From an uncultured Gemmatimonadales bacterium (GTDB lineage: Bacteria; Gemmatimonadota; Gemmatimonadetes; Gemmatimonadales; Gemmatimonadaceae): DNA of 64,000 bases. Shown here one piece after another: positions 9,607-18,192 of this stretch; the first letter of the stretch is position 1, and each line of letters starts with the position of its first letter. The stretch is from NCBI GenBank assembly GCA_963851265.1, contig CAWKNZ010000007.1, forward strand, positions 256,001-320,000. Reading direction: 5' to 3'. The position numbers and the translations under genes are program-made. The notes under the pieces are model-generated. The model did not search any database and was not told the origin of the DNA. It saw only the letters and a list, made by a program, of their open reading frames with translations.

Positions 9607-10833
9607 ATGCGCATCGCGCTCCTCACCAACGAGTACCCGCCCAACGTCTACGGCGGTGCGGGCGTGCACGTCGACTATCTGTCGCGCGAGCTCGCCCGCG
9701 CCGAGGGCGGCGCGAACCAGGTCGACGTGCACTGCTTCGGCGACCAGCACGAGGACCGCGGCAACCTGCGCGTGCGCGGCGTCGCGCCGGTCACGCTGCC
9801 GGTGCAGGACCCGCGGCACGCGCGGCTGCTCGACGCATTCGGCCGCGACCTCGCGATGGCGGGGGCAGTAGTCGCGGCCGAGGTGGTGCACTGCCATACC
9901 TGGTATGCCGCGCTCGCCGGCCTCGTCGCGAAGCCGCTCGCGGGCGCGAAGCTCGTGCTCACGACGCACTCGCTCGAGCCGCACCGGCCGTGGAAGGTCG
10001 AGCAGTTGGGGAGCGCGTACCACGCGTCGGTCTGGGTGGAGCGCACCGCGTACCAGAACGCCGACGGCGTGATCGCCGTGTCGGAGGCGATGAAGGCCGA
10101 CGTGCAGGAACTGTACGGCGTCGCGCCGGAGCGGGTGCGCGTGATTCACAACGGCATCGACCCCGACGAGTACCGCCCGAGTCCGTCGGCCGAGACGCTG
10201 CGGCGCGTGGGCGTGAACCCGGACGTGCCGTTCGTCCTGTTCGTCGGGCGGATCACGCGGCAGAAGGGGATCCTCCACCTCGTGCGGGCGATCCGGCAGT
10301 TCCAGGTCGGGCCCGACGGGCTGCAGGTCGTGCTCTGCGCGGGCGCGCCCGACACCCCCGAGATCGCGGCCGAGATGACGGCGCTGGTGGCGGAGGTGCA
10401 GCGGGACGCCGCGGCCGAGATCGTCTGGATTCCGGCGATGCTGCCCAAGCCCGACGTGATCGCGCTCTACAGCGAGGCCGCGGTGTTCGTGTGCCCGTCG
10501 GTGTACGAGCCGTTCGGGATCATCAACCTCGAAGCCATGGCGTGCGAGACGCCGGTGGTCGCGTCGGCGGTCGGCGGGATCCCGGAGATCGTCGTGCCGG
10601 GTGAGACCGGCCTGCTCGTGCCGTTCGAGGCCGCGGGCGGGGAGTCGCCGGAGCCGCGCGACCCCGAGGCGTTCTCGGCCGCGCTCGCGGCCGCGGTCAA
10701 CGAGTTGATGGCCGATCCCGCCCGCCGGACCGCGATGGGGCGGGCGGCGCGCGAGCGCGTGCTCGCGCAGTTCAGCTGGCGGCGGATCGCCGAGATCACG
10801 CTCGCGTTCTACCGAGAGCTGGTGCAGCGTTAG
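9607..10833 (+). CDS. glgA: GT4 glycosyltransferase of the actinobacterial GlgA/GlgM type (maltose-1-phosphate synthase-like)
   Basis: LLTNEYPPNVYGGAGVHV, HCHTWY, THSLEPHRPWKVEQLG, FVGRITRQKG, CPSVYEPFGIINLEAMAC. Confidence 0.9.
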   Translation: MRIALLTNEYPPNVYGGAGVHVDYLSRELARAEGGANQVDVHCFGDQHEDRGNLRVRGVAPVTLPVQDPRHARLLDAFGRDLAMAGAVVAAEVVHCHTWYAALAGLVAKPLAGAKLVLTTHSLEPHRPWKVEQLGSAYHASVWVERTAYQNADGVIAVSEAMKADVQELYGVAPERVRVIHNGIDPDEYRPSPSAETLRRVGVNPDVPFVLFVGRITRQKGILHLVRAIRQFQVGPDGLQVVLCAGAPDTPEIAAEMTALVAEVQRDAAAEIVWIPAMLPKPDVIALYSEAAVFVCPSVYEPFGIINLEAMACETPVVASAVGGIPEIVVPGETGLLVPFEAAGGESPEPRDPEAFSAALAAAVNELMADPARRTAMGRAARERVLAQFSWRRIAEITLAFYRELVQR

Positions 10834-10841
10834 GCGATTCG

Positions 10842-10873
10842 GCCGTCGCCCCCGCGAAGGCGGGGGCGACGGC
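10842..10873. repeat. REP-like perfect hairpin between convergent genes, possibly a terminator
   Basis: GCCGTCGCCCCCGC-GAAG-GCGGGGGCGACGGC, 14-bp stem; same core as 1415-1462. Confidence 0.75.
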
Positions 10874-10905
10874 TCCGGGTCCTACCGCACCAGCTGCCGC
10901 GCCAC

Positions 10906-11187
10906 TTACCGCGTGGCGGCCGCCGGGTCGCGGTGCGGCGGGGCGCCCGCCCCCGCTGCGGCGGCGCGCAGCTCCGCGCGCGCGCCGCGGCGGGCGAGGA
11001 GCAGGAACAGCGCGCCCACGACGAGCATCACGAGGCCCCACCAGAGATTGATGTTGAGCCCGCCGGCCTTGGCGTACTGCTCCACGTTGCTCGCCGTGAC
11101 CACGCCGTAGCCGACCAGCAGCACGCCGAGGATCACGAACAGGCCGCCGATCGGGAGGCGGAGGTCCAGACTGCCTGCTGCACTCAT
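10906..11187 (-). CDS. Small two-TM membrane protein accompanying the symporter
   Basis: LDLRLPIGGLFVILGVLLVGYG and NINLWWGLVML; 12 nt downstream of the symporter stop. Confidence 0.8.
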   Translation of the reverse strand: MSAAGSLDLRLPIGGLFVILGVLLVGYGVVTASNVEQYAKAGGLNINLWWGLVMLVVGALFLLLARRGARAELRAAAAGAGAPPHRDPAAATR

Positions 11188-11199
11188 CAGAGGTGCTCC

Positions 11200-12951
11200 T
11201 TACCGGAAGACGAGGTTGAGCACGACCGTGAGCGCGAGGACCGCGCCGGCGAACGTGGCGGGACGCTGCGCCCACGTGAGCGCGCCGTCCTTCGGGCGTT
11301 CGGTGAGCGCGTAGACGAGACCGCCCAACTCCGACTCCGCCCGCGGGCGCGTGACCATGCTGACGACCGTCGTGACCACGATGCACGTCACGAACGCCGC
11401 GATCGCCGTCCAGAACGTCTGCGCGAGTTCGCTCGGGTAGGTGTGGAGCACGCCGAAGTAGCCGCCCTTGAGACCGGGGGTCGATCCGACCGGGAGCGTG
11501 AGGCCGTGGTGCACCGCCGCGCCGATCGTCCCCGAGAGCAGGCCCCAGAACGCGCCGTCGGGCGTCGTGCGCCGCCAGAACATGCCGAGTGCGAACGTCG
11601 CGAACAGCGGCGCGTTGACGAAGGCGAAGACGAGTTGCAGCAGGTCCATGATGTTGTTGAACGCGCTCGCCACGTAGGCGGCCGCGATCGAGAGCAGCAC
11701 GCCGACGACCGTGGCCGCGCGGCCCATCCACAGGTAGTGCTCGTCCGTCGCGTTCTTGCGGATGTGGCTCTGGTAGAGGTCGTACGTCCACACCGTGTTG
11801 AACGCGGTGACGTTACCGGCCATGCCCGACATGAACGACGCGAGCAGCGCGGTCAGCCCGAGCCCCAGCATTCCGGCCGGGAAGAGCTTGATGAGCAGCA
11901 TCGGCGTGGCGAGGTCGTAGTCGAGCACCACGTGACCCGCGGCGTCGATGAGCGGCGCGCCGGCGGCCGTCAGCTTGGCCGGGATCGTCCCCGCGCCCTG
12001 CCCGCCGCCGAGGGCGAGCGCGATCATGCCGGGGATGATCACGAGGAACGGGAAGAACATCTTCGGCACCGCCGCGATGAGCGGCGTGCGGCGCGCGGCG
12101 GTCATCGAGTCGGCGGCCATGGCGCGCTGGACGACGAGGAAGTCGGTGCACCAGTAGCCGAACGACAGTACGAACCCGAGCCCCGCGACGAGGCCGAACG
12201 CTTCGACGCCGATGGGGTTCGTCGACGCGTGGGTCATCCCCTGCCAGACGTGGGTGAACGCGCCGGGCGCGTACCCGCGCGCCGCGGCCTGCACGGTGAG
12301 CCGCGCCGTGAGTCCGTCCCAGCCGCCCACCGACCGGAGTCCGAGCCAGACGAGGGGGGCGAAGCCGAACGCGATCATGAAGAACTGCAGCACCTCGTTG
12401 TAGATCGCACTCGTGAGACCGCCGGCGAACACGTAGGCGAGCACGATGGCGGCCGACACCCACACGCTCGTGTCGAAGCTCCACCCGAGCAGCAGGTTGA
12501 AGAGCTTGCCCATCGCGTACATCGAGATTCCCGACGAGAGGATCGTCATGATGGCGAACGTGCCCGCGTTCAGCGTGCGCGTCTTCTCGTCGAAGCGCAA
12601 CTTGAGGTACTCGGGCACCGAACGGGCGCGCGAGCCGTAGTAGAACGGCATCATGAACAGCGCGACGAACACCATCGCCGGGATCGCGCCGATCCAGTAG
12701 AAGTGCGCCGTCGCGATGCCGTACTTGGCGCCGGACGCGCCCATCCCGATCACTTCCTGCGCGCCGAGGTTGGCGGAGAGGAAGGCGAGGCCGGTCACCC
12801 AGGGGGGAAGCGACCGGCCGGAGATGAGGAAGTCCGTGCTCGTCCTCGCCGAGCGACGCAGGGCGAAGCCGATGCCGAGCACGACGGCGAAGTACGCCGC
12901 CATGATGACGTAGTCGATGAACGTGAGGTTCGCGATCGGGGCGTGGTTCAC
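11200..12951 (-). CDS. Sodium:solute symporter (sugar/polyol type)
   Basis: GRSLPPWVTGLAFLSANLGAQE, MMPFYY, SVPEYLKLRF, YWCTDFLVVQRAM; GTG start with GGAG upstream. Confidence 0.93.
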   Translation of the reverse strand: MNHAPIANLTFIDYVIMAAYFAVVLGIGFALRRSARTSTDFLISGRSLPPWVTGLAFLSANLGAQEVIGMGASGAKYGIATAHFYWIGAIPAMVFVALFMMPFYYGSRARSVPEYLKLRFDEKTRTLNAGTFAIMTILSSGISMYAMGKLFNLLLGWSFDTSVWVSAAIVLAYVFAGGLTSAIYNEVLQFFMIAFGFAPLVWLGLRSVGGWDGLTARLTVQAAARGYAPGAFTHVWQGMTHASTNPIGVEAFGLVAGLGFVLSFGYWCTDFLVVQRAMAADSMTAARRTPLIAAVPKMFFPFLVIIPGMIALALGGGQGAGTIPAKLTAAGAPLIDAAGHVVLDYDLATPMLLIKLFPAGMLGLGLTALLASFMSGMAGNVTAFNTVWTYDLYQSHIRKNATDEHYLWMGRAATVVGVLLSIAAAYVASAFNNIMDLLQLVFAFVNAPLFATFALGMFWRRTTPDGAFWGLLSGTIGAAVHHGLTLPVGSTPGLKGGYFGVLHTYPSELAQTFWTAIAAFVTCIVVTTVVSMVTRPRAESELGGLVYALTERPKDGALTWAQRPATFAGAVLALTVVLNLVFR

Positions 12952-13117
12952 GAGGGCTCCGAAACGGTGCGGCGGCGGGGGCGGCCGCGGGGTGGAGGCG
13001 GGGCTGCTGCAGAGGTCGCGCCGGGGGCGCGGTGCCCGGCAACATAATGGTCGCGCACCGCGGAAGCGGTCGGTCCGTGACGCCTTGTGCGCCGGCGATC
13101 TTCGCCGGCGCACCCGC

Positions 13118-14278
13118 TCAGCGCTCGAACATCCCCTTACGCACGGCAGCGCCGCCGCGGACGTGCCACACGCCGCGCGCCATCACGTCGCGCACCGCGC
13201 CGTCAGGGTCGAGCACGACGAGGTCCGCGTCGCCCCCGACCGCGACGGCGCCCTTCCGGGGCAGGCGCAGCAGCGCCGCCACGTTGGACGTGAACGGCGC
13301 GAGCGCGCTGCCTAACGGAACGCCCCGGGCGAGCAGCGCGCGGAGCACGCCGGCGATCGCGCCAACGTCGCCGACGCCCATGCGCGTCATCTGTCCCTGC
13401 GCGTCGAACACGGGCAGGCTGCCGCCGCCGTCCGAGCTGACCGTGACGCGCTCGGGCGGCGCGCCGCTCGCCCAGTAGCGGACGAGGGCCTCGTCGGCCG
13501 AGTACTCGTCGCCGTGCGGGGCCGGGAAGGCCGTGAGGTCGACCGTGCAGCCCCGCCGCGCGAGCGCGACGGCCTCCTCGAACAGCGCGCGGCGCCGGTT
13601 GACGTGCGTCGGGTTGAACACGCGCGCGGGGATCTCGCTGCGGTCGAGCGCCTCGCGCACGAGCGCGAGCCCGCGCGGACCGTCACCGAGGTGCAGGTGC
13701 ACGACGCCGGCCTTCCGCGTCATCAGTCCCGCCACGTGCGCCTCGGCGGCGAGCTTCACCAGTTCGTCGTACGTCGGCTGGCTGGAGCGGTGATCGCTCA
13801 GCGCGACCTCGCCGACGCCGATGATCCGATCCACGTTCACCATGTCGCCCCGCACGCTCCCCGTGACAGTAGCGGGCGGCACGTGGTAGCCGCCGGTGTG
13901 GCACCACGCCGACAGCCCGTCGTCGACGAGCGCACGGGCGGTGGCGACGAGGCCGATCGGGCCGCGCGTGTAGTCGTCGGTCCCGAGCACGCCCACCGCG
14001 GTGGTCACGCCGCCGAGCGTGAAGAGCGAGAGCGGGATCGGGGGTACGCGGGTCTGCGGACCGGCCTCGCCGCCGCCGCCGGTCAGGTGCACGTGGGCGT
14101 CGATGAACCCGGGGACGAGCCGCGCGCCGTGCAGATCGACCTCCTCGGCGCCGAGCTCGGCGGGGAGCGTCGCGAGGTCCGCGCCCATCCAGACGACGCG
14201 CTCGGCGGCGACGAGCACGTGATGCCGGCCGAGCGAGGCGGGGGCGTAGACGTCCGCATTGCGGAGCAGCGTCAGCAT
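13118..14278 (-). CDS. iadA: Isoaspartyl dipeptidase (beta-aspartyl peptidase)
   Basis: PGFIDAHVHLTGGGGEAG, GVLGTD, GEVALSDHRSSQPT, HLHLGDG, PTHVNR, SSDGGGSLP. Confidence 0.95.
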   Translation of the reverse strand: MLTLLRNADVYAPASLGRHHVLVAAERVVWMGADLATLPAELGAEEVDLHGARLVPGFIDAHVHLTGGGGEAGPQTRVPPIPLSLFTLGGVTTAVGVLGTDDYTRGPIGLVATARALVDDGLSAWCHTGGYHVPPATVTGSVRGDMVNVDRIIGVGEVALSDHRSSQPTYDELVKLAAEAHVAGLMTRKAGVVHLHLGDGPRGLALVREALDRSEIPARVFNPTHVNRRRALFEEAVALARRGCTVDLTAFPAPHGDEYSADEALVRYWASGAPPERVTVSSDGGGSLPVFDAQGQMTRMGVGDVGAIAGVLRALLARGVPLGSALAPFTSNVAALLRLPRKGAVAVGGDADLVVLDPDGAVRDVMARGVWHVRGGAAVRKGMFER

Positions 14279-14339
14279 GTGGACATGGTAGCGGGGCCAC
14301 CCGTCCAGGGGTTCCCCGGCGCGCTAGCGTTCGACCCGT

Positions 14340-15263
14340 ATGCCCGCCCATCGCTTCTCCAAGGCCGCCGCCCGCGGCTGGCTCGTCCCAATTGGGGGCG
14401 GCCTCGCCGATCCGGCCATCTTCGAGCGGTTCGTCGAACTGTGCGGCGGGTCGGGCGCGCGTCTCGTCGTGGTCCCCGTCGCGTCGAGCCTGCCGCGGAC
14501 CGGGCACGAGTACGCAGACGCGCTCCGACGCCACGGCGCGAGCGCGGTCGCGGTGCTCGACGTGCGCACGCGGTCCGACAGCGAGAACCCCGACGCGCTC
14601 GCCGCGGTAGAGCGCGCCGACGGCGTCTTCTTCACCGGTGGCGACCAGGTGCGCCTTGCGGAGGTGCTCGGCGGGACGCCGATCGCCCGCGTGCTGCGGC
14701 GGCGGTGGGCGGAGAGCGAGTTGCCAGTGGCCGGCACGAGTGCGGGCGCGTCGTACCTGAGCGAACGGATGATCGCACGGGGCTGGTCGGGCCCGCGCCC
14801 GCGCGCTGGGATGGTCACGCTCATCACGGGACTGGGGCTCGCGACCGACCTCGTGATCGATCAGCACTTCCGCGAGCGGCGGCGCCTGGGACGGCTGCTG
14901 ACGGCCGTCGCGCTCGAGCCCGAATGCCTGGGCGTCGGCGTGGACGAGAACACGGCCGCGTTCATCGCGCCCGACGGCGAAGCGACCGTGGTCGGGGCGG
15001 GCGGCATCACCGTCATCGATGCCGCCGACGCGACACCGCTCGCGCCGACGGGCCCGCGCCTCCCCGCGGCAGTGCCGTTCGAGACGAACCGCCGCCGCCG
15101 GCCGGCGCGCCCCGTCCCGAGCCCGCGTGTGGACGTGCGCACGCTCCGCCAGCGCATCGTGCCGGCCGGCGAGCGCGTGCTGCTCGGGGCCGCGTGGCCC
15201 GCGCCCGTGCCGGACGACCGCGACGCGCATATCCGCGCGGTGCGCGCCGCGCGCGCCGTGTAG
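14340..15263 (+). CDS. cphB: Cyanophycinase
   Basis: LVPIGGG, FFTGGDQVRL, AGTSAGA (catalytic Ser), IDQHF, GVDENTA; adjacent to cphA. Confidence 0.9.
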   Translation: MPAHRFSKAAARGWLVPIGGGLADPAIFERFVELCGGSGARLVVVPVASSLPRTGHEYADALRRHGASAVAVLDVRTRSDSENPDALAAVERADGVFFTGGDQVRLAEVLGGTPIARVLRRRWAESELPVAGTSAGASYLSERMIARGWSGPRPRAGMVTLITGLGLATDLVIDQHFRERRRLGRLLTAVALEPECLGVGVDENTAAFIAPDGEATVVGAGGITVIDAADATPLAPTGPRLPAAVPFETNRRRRPARPVPSPRVDVRTLRQRIVPAGERVLLGAAWPAPVPDDRDAHIRAVRAARAV

Positions 15264-15294
15264 GATCACCACCCTCCGTCGCGCTCCTGCCGCC

Positions 15295-18192
15295 ATGCGC
15301 ATCCTCGAGCAGTCCGTCTACGTGGGCCCCAACCACTACGCCCACTTCCCCGTGATCCGCCTCGCGCTCGACCTCGGCGTGTTCGAGGCGTGGCCGTCGG
15401 CGCGACTCGGGCCCGCGTTCACCGACGCGCTGCTCGCGGCGATCCCCACGCTCGCCGAGCACGGCTGCTCGTACGGCGTGCCGGGCGGGTTCGTGCGGCG
15501 GCTGACGGAGGACGAGGGCACGTGGATGGGGCACGTGCTCGAGCACGTCGCGATCGAGTTGCAGAACATCGCGGGGGAGCGGGTGTCGTTCGGGAAGACG
15601 CGCTCGATCGCGGGGCAGGTGGGCGTGTACGACGTCGTGTACGAGTACGAGCAGCGCGACGTCGGCACCGAGGCCGGACAGCTCGCGCTCGACCTGCTGC
15701 ACGCGCTCGCGGTGCCGTTGCTGCCCGACGCCGAGCGCCCGCCCGAGGCCGCCGCGGCGGCGACGTTCGACTGGACGGAGCGGCGCGACGCGTTCATCCG
15801 CTACGCGCAGCGCCGCGCGCTGGGCCCGAGCACGGCGGCGATCGTCCACGCGGCCGAGCGGCGCGGGATTCCGTGGATCCGGCTCAACGCGCAATCGCTC
15901 GTGCAGCTGGGGTATGGGCGCAACCAGCAGCGCATCCAGGCGACGGTGACGGGGCGCACGCCGCACATCGCCGTCGAGATCGCGAGCGACAAGGAGGAGA
16001 CCAACACGCTGCTGGCGAACCTCGGGCTGCCGGTGCCGCGGCAGGCGCTGGTGTACGACGCGGACGAGGCGGCGGACGAGGCCGCGCGGATCGGATACCC
16101 GGTCGTGGTGAAGCCGTACAACGGCAACCACGGGCGGGGCGTGTCGGTTGGGCTGACGACGGCCGACGGCGTGCGCGGGGCATTCGCGCTCGCTGCCGAG
16201 CACTCGACTGCGGTGCTCGTCGAGACGTTCATCGCCGGGGACGACCACCGCATGCTCGTGGTCGACGGCGCGCTCGTCGCGGTGAGCAAGCGCGTGCCGG
16301 GGCACGTCGTCGGCGACGGCGCGCACACCGTGGCCGAACTCGTGGCGGCCGTGAACGCCGACCCGCGCCGCGGGATCGGGCACGAGAAGGTGCTGACGCA
16401 GCTGCGGCTCGACGAGCAGGCGTTAGGCCTGCTCGCCGCGCGCGGGTGGACCCCCGAGACGGTGCCGCCCGCGGGCGAGCCGGTGATGCTGCGGCGCACG
16501 GCCAACCTTTCGACGGGCGGGACCGCGGAGGACGTCACGGACGTGGTGCACCCCGACAACGCGGAGATGGCCGTGCGCGCCATTCAGGCCGTGGGGCTGG
16601 ACGTGGGGGGAGTCGACTTCCTCACGCCCGACATCACGTGCTCCTACAAGGACGCCGGCGGCGCGATCTGCGAGGTGAACGCGGCGCCGGGTTTCCGGAT
16701 GCACATGGCGCCGAGCGCGGGCAAGCCGCGCGACGTGGCGGCGCGCGTGATCGACATGCTGTTTCCGCCCGCGCGCCCCGCGACGATCCCGATCGCGGCC
16801 GTGACGGGGACCAACGGCAAGACCACGACGGCGCGCATGCTCGCGCACATCCACAAGCTCGCCGGGCGGCGCGTTGGGCTCACGACCACGGACGGCGTCT
16901 ACATCGACGGGCAGCGCACCGTCGAGGGCGACATGACCGGGCCGACGTCGGCGCGCATCGTGCTCGGCGACCCGTCGGTGGACGTCGCGGTGCTGGAGAC
17001 GGCGCGCGGCGGCCTGCTGCGCTCGGGGATGGCGATGCGACGCGTCGACGTCGGCGCCGTGCTCAACGTGCAGCCCGACCACCTGGGCCAGCGCGGCGTC
17101 GAGACACTCGAGCAGCTGGCGCTCGTGAAGCGCACCGTGGTCGAGATCGCGACCGACACCGCGGTGCTCAACGCCGACGACCCGCTCACGGTGCGCATGG
17201 CGGCGCACACCGACGCCACGCACGTGTGCTACGTGACGATGGACGCGGGGAACGTGCTCGTCGGCGAGCACATCCGCGCCGGCGGCCGCGCCGTCGCGCT
17301 CGAAACGGGCGTGAACGGGCAGATGATCACGATCTACGATCACGGCGCGCACATCCCGCTCCTGTGGACGCACCTGATTCCCGCGGCGCTCGACGGGCGC
17401 GCGACGTTCAACGTGCAGAACGCGATGTTCGCCGCGGCGATGGCGTTCGCGATGGGCGTGCGGCTCGAGGACATCCGCCACGGGCTGCGCACGTTCGACA
17501 GCACGTTCTTCCAGGCGCCGGGGCGGCTCAACGTGTACGACGGACACCCGTTTCGCGTGCTGTTCGACTACGCGCACAACGCCAACGCCGTGGCGGCGCT
17601 CGTCGACACGGCGCGACGGCTGGACGTGGCGGGACGGCGGATTTTCGTGTTCTCCGCGCCCGGGGATCGCCGGGACGAGGACATCCGTGCGACCGCGCGC
17701 GCGGCGGCGGCGGGACGCTTCGACGTGTACATCTGCCGGCGCGACGACAACCCGCGCGGGCGCGCCAGTGACGAGGTGCCGCGCATGCTGGCCGACGCCC
17801 TCGTCGACGCGGGCGTCCCGCGCGAGCGGGTCGCGATCATCGTCTCGGAAGTGGCCGCGATCGATGCGGCGCTCGGGATGGCGCGCAAGGGCGACCTCGT
17901 GATGATCTGTGCCGACGTGCTCGACCGCGGGTGGCAGCAGATCGTCGACTACGGCGCGCGCGACCGGGGCAACGGCGCGGCGGCCGGGACGGCCTCGGCG
18001 GAGGGCATGCCGCCCGCGCCCGCCGTGACGGCCCCGCGCGCCGCGCCGCACGACGTCGCGCCCGCGGACGAGGCGGCACCGCCCGTTCCGAACGCGCTGG
18101 CGGTCGGGCCGCCAAACGGCGACGGCGCGACCACGCGCTACCGGCGCGACGCGCGCGGCGTGATCGTCGCGCGTGACGAGTCCGACGACTAA
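15295..18192 (+). CDS. cphA: Cyanophycin synthetase CphA1
   Basis: GPNHY, EHGCS..GHVLEH, LGPST, ASDKE, VVKPYNGNHGRG, ANLSTGG, EVNAAPGFRMH, VTGTNGKTTT, ETARGG, PGRLN, DYAHN; ATG 15295. Confidence 0.96.
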   Translation: MRILEQSVYVGPNHYAHFPVIRLALDLGVFEAWPSARLGPAFTDALLAAIPTLAEHGCSYGVPGGFVRRLTEDEGTWMGHVLEHVAIELQNIAGERVSFGKTRSIAGQVGVYDVVYEYEQRDVGTEAGQLALDLLHALAVPLLPDAERPPEAAAAATFDWTERRDAFIRYAQRRALGPSTAAIVHAAERRGIPWIRLNAQSLVQLGYGRNQQRIQATVTGRTPHIAVEIASDKEETNTLLANLGLPVPRQALVYDADEAADEAARIGYPVVVKPYNGNHGRGVSVGLTTADGVRGAFALAAEHSTAVLVETFIAGDDHRMLVVDGALVAVSKRVPGHVVGDGAHTVAELVAAVNADPRRGIGHEKVLTQLRLDEQALGLLAARGWTPETVPPAGEPVMLRRTANLSTGGTAEDVTDVVHPDNAEMAVRAIQAVGLDVGGVDFLTPDITCSYKDAGGAICEVNAAPGFRMHMAPSAGKPRDVAARVIDMLFPPARPATIPIAAVTGTNGKTTTARMLAHIHKLAGRRVGLTTTDGVYIDGQRTVEGDMTGPTSARIVLGDPSVDVAVLETARGGLLRSGMAMRRVDVGAVLNVQPDHLGQRGVETLEQLALVKRTVVEIATDTAVLNADDPLTVRMAAHTDATHVCYVTMDAGNVLVGEHIRAGGRAVALETGVNGQMITIYDHGAHIPLLWTHLIPAALDGRATFNVQNAMFAAAMAFAMGVRLEDIRHGLRTFDSTFFQAPGRLNVYDGHPFRVLFDYAHNANAVAALVDTARRLDVAGRRIFVFSAPGDRRDEDIRATARAAAAGRFDVYICRRDDNPRGRASDEVPRMLADALVDAGVPRERVAIIVSEVAAIDAALGMARKGDLVMICADVLDRGWQQIVDYGARDRGNGAAAGTASAEGMPPAPAVTAPRAAPHDVAPADEAAPPVPNALAVGPPNGDGATTRYRRDARGVIVARDESDD

